From Candidatus Woesearchaeota archaeon (GTDB taxonomy: Archaea > Nanobdellota > Nanobdellia > Woesearchaeales > JAZDKJ01): a DNA stretch of 35,910 bases. The notes under the pieces are model-generated. The model saw only the letters and a program-made list of their open reading frames with translations. It did no database searches and was not told where the DNA came from. Made by a program: the position numbers and the translations under genes. Shown in pieces: positions 17,105 through 24,408 of the stretch. Positions within the stretch are counted from its first letter, which is position 1. Each line of letters begins with the position of its first letter. The stretch is taken from assembly GCA_043815525.1 (NCBI GenBank), contig JBDRIZ010000050.1, forward strand, positions 1-35,910, read 5' to 3'.

Positions 17105-18030
17105 ATAAGAATCTTGAGTTGGAGCTTGGTACCAAATGTAATAGCCACTGCATCTACTGTGAGCAGGGTAATAATCCCATAAACAGTTCTTATGGGTTTT
17201 TGCCTTTTGACGAAGCAAAGAGAGTCATAGGCCAAGCAGGCAAAAATGGGGCAAAGAGGCTGTTACTCCAAGGTGGGGAGCCAACCCTTCACCCAAACAT
17301 TATTGAGATCATCAAGTTTGCCAAAGATTTGGGATTCGAGGTCGTACTTTTCACTAATGGGCGCTTGTTTGCATATCCAGATTTTTCAAGAAAGATACTT
17401 GCAGCCGGTTTGGACAGAGTGACTTTTTCGATTCTTGGAAATACATCTCAATGCCATGACTCAATTACTCAAGCCAAAGGAAGCTTTGACCAAGCCTTGA
17501 AGGGTATTCGTAACGCACTTACCGTTCTAGACAGTTCAAAAATCTCAAACTCCTGCGTGATTATAAAGGGAAATTATCAATATTTATGTGATATTATGCA
17601 ACTTATGGCTTATATAGGAGTGAAAATGAATCATTTTATTAGTGTTATACCATATGATTCATTACTCAAACGAGAAGATATCTTCATTCCATATTCTGAC
17701 ATTCTTCCTTTTGTGAAAAAGACAATAAAAAAGAGGGGTGACAACCAAATTCTGTTTGAGAACATACCTCCATGCCTGATGGATGGATATGATATGTTCC
17801 TCGCAGAATATCACAACATTCCTCTAGACATAAAAAGAATGGATAGGAGAGATATTATTGAAAAAAAGAGCGTCCAAGATTCAAGAATAATGCTTGAAGT
17901 CTGTTCCGGTTGCCACAGGCACAATTCTTGCCTTGGTGTCCATAAAAGCTATGTCCACCTTTTTGGCAGCCATGAGTTCTGTCCAGTCCAAAAAAGGCTT
18001 ATAAATGCAACAAAAGGTATTTATAGGTAA
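17101..18030 (+). CDS. radical SAM protein, small paralogue family (long type)
   Basis: ATGA overlap with the upstream gene. Motifs: CNSHCIYC, LQGGEPTLHPN, GNTSQCHDSITQAKGSFDQALKGIRNA, IPPCLMDGYD, CSGCHRHNSCLGVHKSYVHLFGSHEF. Confidence 0.9.
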   Translation: MNKNLELELGTKCNSHCIYCEQGNNPINSSYGFLPFDEAKRVIGQAGKNGAKRLLLQGGEPTLHPNIIEIIKFAKDLGFEVVLFTNGRLFAYPDFSRKILAAGLDRVTFSILGNTSQCHDSITQAKGSFDQALKGIRNALTVLDSSKISNSCVIIKGNYQYLCDIMQLMAYIGVKMNHFISVIPYDSLLKREDIFIPYSDILPFVKKTIKKRGDNQILFENIPPCLMDGYDMFLAEYHNIPLDIKRMDRRDIIEKKSVQDSRIMLEVCSGCHRHNSCLGVHKSYVHLFGSHEFCPVQKRLINATKGIYR

Positions 18031-18793
18031 ATGCCTGACACCTGTAAAAGAGGTGGTGGTTGTGGTCACAGACAATAAAATTCAAAAAAAGGAGATAATA
18101 ATATTTGTTGTTATAGTTGCAGCTGGAATACTTCTTTACTTCCTGTTATTTGGCGTATCCAAAACGCCTGTAGTTCAATCGACCCAGCAGCCAAACGTTC
18201 AAGCGGTGGCATCGACACCACCCCTAGATGATATACTAGTTAATACTTACGACTACAACTTCATTCCAAACCTAGCCAAGCAAGACAAGTTACCTTCATT
18301 GTTTTTTAAGGATATATTCAGTTCATTTGGTATAGGCTATCAACCTGTTAGGCTTGACGCTGAGTCTCCTGCAGTGCCGGACAGTGCCGATGTTGAGAGG
18401 CTTTCAGTCTCTGCAACCAATAAAGATTTGTTTCTGAGGCTTGACTTATACGGCCCAGTTGACACAAACACATATTTGTACCAGTTCGAGGTGCCAAAGG
18501 CCGAAAAAGTGGGAGAGACAACCTATCAAATCCAAATTTCAGGCCAAAAGGAAGCACCAAAATTGGATATAAAGAAATTAACCAGTGATAAAAGAAGCTC
18601 GGATGTTGACTTTAATGACAAGTCATACAACGGTACTTTTAAGGTTATACAAGCAGGAAACAGTATCGAAGTGCAGGTCTCTTACTCTTTTTTTGGATTG
18701 ACATTGAAAGATGTGCCACTCCTGCCATTTGGTGGGTTCAATGTTGAGGTATTCGGAGGACTTGGCAAAGAGGCTTTGGACGATTTTCAATAG
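18005..18793 (+). CDS. signal-anchored extracytoplasmic protein, paralogue family A (2 of 4)
   Basis: There is a TM helix (IIIFVVIVAAGILLYFLLFGV). Blocks DVERLSVSATNKDLFLRLDL and YLYQFEVPKAEKVGETTYQIQISG align with the other family members. The start is uncertain: ATG 18005 overlaps the upstream gene by 26 nt, and in-frame GTGs at 18053-18062 follow an AGAGGTG motif. Confidence 0.75.
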   Translation: MQQKVFIGKCLTPVKEVVVVVTDNKIQKKEIIIFVVIVAAGILLYFLLFGVSKTPVVQSTQQPNVQAVASTPPLDDILVNTYDYNFIPNLAKQDKLPSLFFKDIFSSFGIGYQPVRLDAESPAVPDSADVERLSVSATNKDLFLRLDLYGPVDTNTYLYQFEVPKAEKVGETTYQIQISGQKEAPKLDIKKLTSDKRSSDVDFNDKSYNGTFKVIQAGNSIEVQVSYSFFGLTLKDVPLLPFGGFNVEVFGGLGKEALDDFQ

Positions 18794-18802
18794 GACGAGA
18801 AT

Positions 18803-19312
18803 ATGGCAGAAATATTAGACTTGGACCAGGATAGCTTTCAAAACCATCTTATTGGAGTGAGTGAGAAGGGGAAAGGCAAATTCAAGATTGAAGGATCCGA
18901 CTTGAAAGGGCTTTATGCATACATTTTGGATTCGTATGTATTAATAAAATTGGAACTTTTTGAATTGTTGAATCCAAAGATTACCTATTATTTTGCTATT
19001 GCGCCAGCGATGCAAAAACGCAATATTCGGAAGGTGTACCAGATTTTGGCCGGAGGCTTCGTGAAAGGCAGCGAAGGTAAGGTAATGCTCTGGGAACAAA
19101 AAATCGTTGACGAGCGGAAATTGCCACCGGAAAAGAAGGATAGCAGTAAGATAAAGGTCGTAGCGGGTGACGTTTACCTGATCTTACAAATTCCCATTAC
19201 ATTGGTTGAACTTAATCCCAGCCATGGCCCCCCTACTTTGCGTGAAGTCAATGCTGGTGTTATGGTGGATGAAGTTGTGGATGACAATCAACTTTCCGAA
19301 AAAATTGAATAA
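18803..19312 (+). CDS. soluble member of paralogue family A (3 of 4)
   Basis: SDLKGLYAYILDSYVLIKLEL and YYFAIAPAMQKRNIRKVYQILAGG align with the family blocks. No N-terminal TM helix is present. Confidence 0.75.
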   Translation: MAEILDLDQDSFQNHLIGVSEKGKGKFKIEGSDLKGLYAYILDSYVLIKLELFELLNPKITYYFAIAPAMQKRNIRKVYQILAGGFVKGSEGKVMLWEQKIVDERKLPPEKKDSSKIKVVAGDVYLILQIPITLVELNPSHGPPTLREVNAGVMVDEVVDDNQLSEKIE

Positions 19313-19334
19313 TCCTATTGCAGATTTTTGACTC

Positions 19335-20897
19335 ATGAAGTTAAAACTTATTTTTCCGCCTTTCGAAGATGTCTTTAAGGCTCGTATTCCTTTCGTTCCA
19401 GTTGGGATATCAACATTGTTTTCATATCTCAAGGCCGAAGGTATGGATGTTGAACAAGATGACTTGAATGTTAGGACTGCATTTTACAACCAGACCCATG
19501 ATTCCCAAATCAGCGTTTTTTTTGATAAGCGTCGATTGACTGATTTTTTAGATGGTATATCTGGTGACCTACTGGATGGGGCTTGCCAAAGGATTATGGA
19601 TCTTACTCAAATTAAAAGGTATGATATGGTAGGATTCTCAATTATTCAAGGTGCCCAGCTACAACCAGCTCTGGCCTTGGCGAAGAAAATTAAGGAAGAT
19701 ATTGGGTGCAAGATCCTGTTTGGGGGTCAGCAGGCAGCTAGGAACTTGGTTGAGCAGTATGATTTTGTTGACTATGCAGTTCTTGGAGAAGGCCAGGTTC
19801 CGGTGAAGATGCTTTGTGAGAGCATTGAGGGCAACAGGTCTTTTGACAACATTCCAAGGTTTGTATACAGGCAATCAGGAAAAGTATTTGAGAATCAAGG
19901 AAATTCCTGGCTTGGAGTAAATCAGTCTCCAGCTCCGGATTTCGAGGGTTTGCCGCTTCAAATGTACAAGGAGATGAAACATAAGTTCGGTAATGAATAT
20001 GAATGTTATGACATGCTGCTATTGCCATACTATTTTATGGAAGGTTGCACAGGGCATTGTTTCTTCTGTGCTCCGGAGCGTCAGAATTTGAACTTGAAGC
20101 CGGTTTCGCAAGTCATAGATGATTTGGTATATCTGAAAAGTAAGTTCCGAACCAAGTATTTTTATTTCTTGAATAATACTGTTAACGCAGATGAGCGTTA
20201 CCTCGAAGAGTTATGCAAGCGTATGGTTTCTGATGACCTTGATATTATGTGGAGCGATAGTGCAAGGCTTGATAACTTGGATAGCAGTTTGTTGTCTTTA
20301 ATGAAAGATTCGGGATGCGTTAAACTCGCATGGGGTCTGGAGGCTGGCAGTCAGAGTTTATTAGCAAAAATGAATAAGAATCTTAACCTTGCCGCCGCAG
20401 AAAGAATCTTACATATATCAAACGAGAAAGGAATATGGAATGAGGCAAATCTGATTATCGGATTTCCTTATGAGACTGAAGCAGAATTTTGCGAGACCGT
20501 CTCTTTCCTGGTAAGAAATAAGTCAATTGTTGATTGGATTAATGTGAGTCCTTTCTTTCTGAACCGTGGCACTGTGATGTACAAGTATCCGGAACGCTTC
20601 AGAATTAGGATTAATGGTTCTATTGCTGATGACAGCGGAACCCCTATATTCGATGAAATAGATGGCATGGATTGGCAGAAAAGAAAAGATGTTGTACTCA
20701 CAAGGGGGCAGGCAATAGTCAAGTTGTTGAATCAAAGGCATGATGTTCATCTTACGGACACACTATACTACTATTATGGCCAGCTTGAAGAAAAAGAATC
20801 AGTCCGCAGGGCTTTTGAGGATATTTACAAGCACGTCTGGTTTACCGAAGAGAATCCTGAAATGCGTCAGTTTGATTGTGCTGGCGGTAACCAGTGA
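19335..20897 (+). CDS. B12-binding-domain-type radical SAM protein (subfamily trio, member 1)
   Basis: Motifs: MKLKLIFPP...PVGISTLFSYLKAEGMDVEQDDLNVR, MEGCTGHCFFC (CX3CX2C), IMWSDSARLD, FDEIDGMDWQKRKD. The 3' end overlaps the convergent gene by 56 nt. Confidence 0.9.
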   Translation: MKLKLIFPPFEDVFKARIPFVPVGISTLFSYLKAEGMDVEQDDLNVRTAFYNQTHDSQISVFFDKRRLTDFLDGISGDLLDGACQRIMDLTQIKRYDMVGFSIIQGAQLQPALALAKKIKEDIGCKILFGGQQAARNLVEQYDFVDYAVLGEGQVPVKMLCESIEGNRSFDNIPRFVYRQSGKVFENQGNSWLGVNQSPAPDFEGLPLQMYKEMKHKFGNEYECYDMLLLPYYFMEGCTGHCFFCAPERQNLNLKPVSQVIDDLVYLKSKFRTKYFYFLNNTVNADERYLEELCKRMVSDDLDIMWSDSARLDNLDSSLLSLMKDSGCVKLAWGLEAGSQSLLAKMNKNLNLAAAERILHISNEKGIWNEANLIIGFPYETEAEFCETVSFLVRNKSIVDWINVSPFFLNRGTVMYKYPERFRIRINGSIADDSGTPIFDEIDGMDWQKRKDVVLTRGQAIVKLLNQRHDVHLTDTLYYYYGQLEEKESVRRAFEDIYKHVWFTEENPEMRQFDCAGGNQ

Positions 20898-22560
20898 TCC
20901 TCCAGACTTCAACTTCACCTTTCCTAGTGACAAGGTTTGTACGAAAGGTTTTGGATATGATATCACAATCAGGGTGAGAGGTGAGTACAGTGGTTTCAAT
21001 TCTCCTGTCCGGATGTGGTGCGCTGCAGTTCCAGAAACTGATGAAGTATAACCTTCCATCATCAATCATTTTTTGTATTGCCCGCGCTGGTATTCTTAAT
21101 GAGGAGTTATTGATGATTACCAACTCTTTACTGTTGTTTGGTTGATATGTGTATCCAAGAAAAAAATCTTGTCGGCCGACGTCATACTGCATTGCAAGGA
21201 TGGTTTGCCAAGGCACTAGTATGTACGAAGACATGTTCAGTTCACCATAACTTTGCCGCATCAATATGGTTATAGTCTCATACGAAGTAGGTGTATATGA
21301 TCTGTGAGTGATTTGGTTTGGATGGTAAAAAATAATCAGTAGTGCTGTAATGTTCAGCAAAGTAACCAGAAACATTTTATTCTTAAGATATTTCATTGAA
21401 AAAACACGAAGTAGGCTATTGCTAACAAAATATGTGCCTGCTGCAATAAGAATCAGGAATGGTGCAAATGTAAGCACAAAATGCCCTCCAGGCCCTCTGA
21501 AGAATGAAAGGTAAAGGGTGTTATGCATTATCATCCACGCTGCCACAAAAATAAGTGGTTTTCGTTGTTCATGGTATCTTACGAAGAAAAAGGCGGAGCA
21601 CACAAAAAACAATAAGGGCATAACATTAATGGAGGGCATTGTGTAAAAGACTTGAATGTAACGCTCAAGCCAGTGAGCAACATGTTTTGGGATGTATTGG
21701 ATTCCAAAACCCAGTCCTCCCTTATCGTGGAAATCCGCCACGCCAACAAAATGGAGAAATGGCAGTGATAGTATGACTGTTAAAAGAAATGATACAGCCC
21801 ATTTTTTTAACGCGAGGTTTACGTTTGTTCTTGCAGGTCGTAAGAGAAAAAAGCCAAGACAGAACAGGGTAGCTAATAAGCCGATGGTTTCTGTCCGAAC
21901 CTCCATTGCGTAGAATACCGACACCCATGCGAGGAGATATGCCTTGAAAGTGTTTTGCCTCAAACTGCTCACGATAAAAAAGATAGCCAGTAGGGTTACT
22001 AGATTGCTAAAAGCTTCCGCTTCACCTTTATTGGCATACAGCACAAACTCAGGGATTATCGCATAAAGAAAGACGGAAAATATGGCAATTGGCGCATTGT
22101 TAATAAGTAGAAAAACCAAGAGGAACAGAACAGCTATCGCAGCCATGTCACAGAGAATATTAAATGCGTGCATTTTTTCGACGCTAATTGGTGAAAATAT
22201 TAGAAAGATTCTCATTGCCATAGGGTAACCGATTGGGTGGCTTATTGGGATGTGGCTCGAGACCTGACCAGGGCACTTATAATCTTTGCTTAGGCAATTG
22301 GCTGTATGAAGGTATTCCCAGCTGCTGCTATTCACATCATCGCTGTTTGAAAACATGCTTAGCCTGAGATACAGGCCAAGAGCTAGGCAAATTATTAGTA
22401 AGACTGTATAGGTCTTATTCAGACGCCTGAAATATGATGATATTGTGCGGATATTTATCGCAATGAGCGATATTAGCAGGATAAGATTCAGGAAAACAAT
22501 TGGTATATATAGGGAGTTGAACAGATGTGTGTATAGCTGCAAGGCAAATGCAGGTATCAT
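20842..22560 (-). CDS. polytopic membrane protein, GT-C-fold glycosyltransferase-like (ArnT/PMT-like), with C-terminal soluble domain
   Basis: The 572-aa ORF has about a dozen hydrophobic helices over about 400 aa. An acidic DD motif sits in the first loop (SMFSNSDDVNSS). A roughly 170-aa non-hydrophobic C-terminus follows. No WWDYG (AglB) motif was seen. The function call is weak. Confidence 0.8.
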   Translation of the reverse strand: MIPAFALQLYTHLFNSLYIPIVFLNLILLISLIAINIRTISSYFRRLNKTYTVLLIICLALGLYLRLSMFSNSDDVNSSSWEYLHTANCLSKDYKCPGQVSSHIPISHPIGYPMAMRIFLIFSPISVEKMHAFNILCDMAAIAVLFLLVFLLINNAPIAIFSVFLYAIIPEFVLYANKGEAEAFSNLVTLLAIFFIVSSLRQNTFKAYLLAWVSVFYAMEVRTETIGLLATLFCLGFFLLRPARTNVNLALKKWAVSFLLTVILSLPFLHFVGVADFHDKGGLGFGIQYIPKHVAHWLERYIQVFYTMPSINVMPLLFFVCSAFFFVRYHEQRKPLIFVAAWMIMHNTLYLSFFRGPGGHFVLTFAPFLILIAAGTYFVSNSLLRVFSMKYLKNKMFLVTLLNITALLIIFYHPNQITHRSYTPTSYETITILMRQSYGELNMSSYILVPWQTILAMQYDVGRQDFFLGYTYQPNNSKELVIINNSSLRIPARAIQKMIDDGRLYFISFWNCSAPHPDRRIETTVLTSHPDCDIISKTFRTNLVTRKGEVEVWRITGYRQHNQTDAFQDSLR

Positions 22561-22580
22561 GCTGATTAAGGTGACGTGAT

Positions 22581-22592
22581 TGGTATAAAATG
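22581..22592 (-). promoter_or_regulatory. TATA-like box for the membrane-protein gene
   Basis: The minus strand reads cattttatacca about 22 nt upstream of ATG 22560. The box is A/T-symmetric and could also fire on the + strand. Confidence 0.4.
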
Positions 22593-22718
22593 CTTGCGCA
22601 ATCAGAGATGTTACGGATGTGGAATACTGTTAGCATCCAAAACAGTTGGCAGAATTGAATATTTGGAGTGCATAATAAAAAACACCCTATTCCTTGGGCT
22701 GAAGCCAAAGGTTTGTTG

Positions 22719-22792
22719 AGAAATCTGCGAAGCGGATTTCTGACATGCCAGAGAAGCTTCGTTTCTCTGAACATTTTTTCGTGCTGTTTTTT
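22719..22792 (+). terminator. twin stem-loops followed by two T6 tracts (terminator-like, or 3' end of a small + strand RNA)
   Basis: Hairpin 1 is agaaatctgc-gaa-gcggatttct (22719-22741, 10 bp including one T:G). Hairpin 2 is cagagaagc-ttc-gtttctctg (22749-22769, 9 bp including one G:T). T6 runs follow at 22775-22780 and 22787-22792. The wobble pairs form only in a + strand transcript. Confidence 0.3.
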
Positions 22793-22887
22793 GGAATGTA
22801 AAATTTCTGTCGAAATTTTCCATAAATCCATTTCTTAGGTATGTGGCTGTACTATCAATCTGCAACCATTGCTGGATTATGGCTAAT

Positions 22888-24333
22888 CTATTTATCCACC
22901 CAATCATAACCATATATATGGAAATACGGCACCAGGTAGTCAAAATCAAGCCTGTCGTATATTCCTGAAGAAACATATTTTACTAACCTTGCGAAGTACA
23001 TTCCTTTATCCTTTCTCAGCATCTTGCCAAGCCTTTTGTTGAATGTCTCGATATAGGCTTTTCTCTGCAGCCATTCCACTGTGGCTGGAGAGACATCTTT
23101 TAGTCGCACAACAGCATCAAATGTTATGTTGTCTGCCTTCTGCCATCTTTTTTGGTCTATTGCACCGCCGTATTCGCTTATCAGCATCTGTCCTTCTTCT
23201 GTGAATGGCTTGTAGATAAAGAATGCTGACCTGTTGGCATCAAGCTCCTTTGCGAGCCTTATTGTACTCTGCATTGTTGAAACATTTTCTCCAGGTCCGC
23301 CAAGCATGTAGTATGCAGTTACCCCAACCCCATGCCTCTTGCACAGTTTGAAAATCCTCCTAATCTGGTCATTTGAAATGTTTTTGTTGTAAATCTTGTT
23401 TCGAATGAATGGGTCTCCTGCCTCCACTCCAATCCTGAGCAGTGCGCATCCTGACTTTGCGAGCATTCTTATTTTTTCCTCATCGAGGTGGTCTATTCTT
23501 GAGAACATGCTGTACCTGTGCTCTTCAGAGTCTGTTTCTTTCTTGTAGCTGTCAGTGAATTCTTGCAGCCATTTCCTGTTCATTGTTGGCACCTGGTCAA
23601 ACATCTGCACAAACCTCATGCCTCTTCCTTCATACTTGTTCCATTGGTACGCAATTTCCTTGGCATACGCTTGAGGGTTTCTCAGCCTGTAATAGTTTCC
23701 CTTTACGGATTTTGAGATTCCATGCGCGTCGCAGTATGTGCATTTGTACGGACAGCCTCTTGTTCCTATGCAATACATCATCCCAAGATAGTAGAAGTAT
23801 TTGTCAAGGTCAGGCCAGAGGTCCCAGTTTGGGGTTGGCATTTCATCGATATTTTTGATGAAGCATCCGCCTGGATTTTTTATTATTCCTCCTTTCTTCT
23901 TTGCCCATATTCCCTTGATTCCGGCCAGGCTTTTGTTTCCTGACAATCTGTCCATATATTCTGTCAGCGCAAATTCTCCGTCTCCTATGCAGACAGCATC
24001 CACCCAGGGTATGTCAAGTGTCTCCGCAGGTTTTATTGACGCATGATATCCGCCGCAGATTATCTTGGCATCAGATATTTCCTTAGCCTCTTCTGCTATT
24101 TTCTTAATGTACTGCATGTACATGGTGTTGCATGACATCCCAATAACATCCGGTCTGTGCCTTTGGATCATCCTGTGCAGGTGGCTTTTCCAGTGTCTTG
24201 TGTGAAAAGTCATGTCTGTGATGCTCGCATCGTGGTTTGTCCTTTCGTTGATATAGGTTGCAAGGTTTGTGATGGAGATGTCCAATGTGCTGAAGTCCCC
24301 TCCAAGAAGCGGATTGATAAACATAATTTTCAT
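22888..24333 (-). CDS. B12-binding-domain-type (class B-like) radical SAM protein
   Basis: Motifs: MKIMFINPLLGG..., DVIGMSCNTMY, KIICGGYHAS, CIGDGEFALTEYMDRL, GTRGCPYKCTYCDA (CX3CX2C), LRIGVEAGD. Confidence 0.92.
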   Translation of the reverse strand: MKIMFINPLLGGDFSTLDISITNLATYINERTNHDASITDMTFHTRHWKSHLHRMIQRHRPDVIGMSCNTMYMQYIKKIAEEAKEISDAKIICGGYHASIKPAETLDIPWVDAVCIGDGEFALTEYMDRLSGNKSLAGIKGIWAKKKGGIIKNPGGCFIKNIDEMPTPNWDLWPDLDKYFYYLGMMYCIGTRGCPYKCTYCDAHGISKSVKGNYYRLRNPQAYAKEIAYQWNKYEGRGMRFVQMFDQVPTMNRKWLQEFTDSYKKETDSEEHRYSMFSRIDHLDEEKIRMLAKSGCALLRIGVEAGDPFIRNKIYNKNISNDQIRRIFKLCKRHGVGVTAYYMLGGPGENVSTMQSTIRLAKELDANRSAFFIYKPFTEEGQMLISEYGGAIDQKRWQKADNITFDAVVRLKDVSPATVEWLQRKAYIETFNKRLGKMLRKDKGMYFARLVKYVSSGIYDRLDFDYLVPYFHIYGYDWVDK

Positions 24334-24408
24334 TGTAGTTCCAGTTTGAAGTATTGTATATAATTTTTGCTTAAGGTATATATAATAGCAGATTTACTCC
24401 AGCAATTG
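24334..24408. promoter_or_regulatory. divergent promoter region with two back-to-back TATA-like boxes
   Basis: tgtatataatttt (24355-24367) reads as aaaattatataca on the minus strand, 22 nt upstream of ATG 24333. gtatatataata (24376-24387) lies 22 nt upstream of ATG 24409. Neither start has an SD. Confidence 0.5.

Noticed and set aside
22415-22976. Two minus-strand track ORFs (22415..22831 and 22611..22976) could fill the 327-nt spacer.
   Set aside because: Both overlap the flanking real genes out of frame. They lack TATA-like boxes at the right spacing, and their translations show no motif. I treat the spacer as non-coding (see the finding on the twin hairpins).
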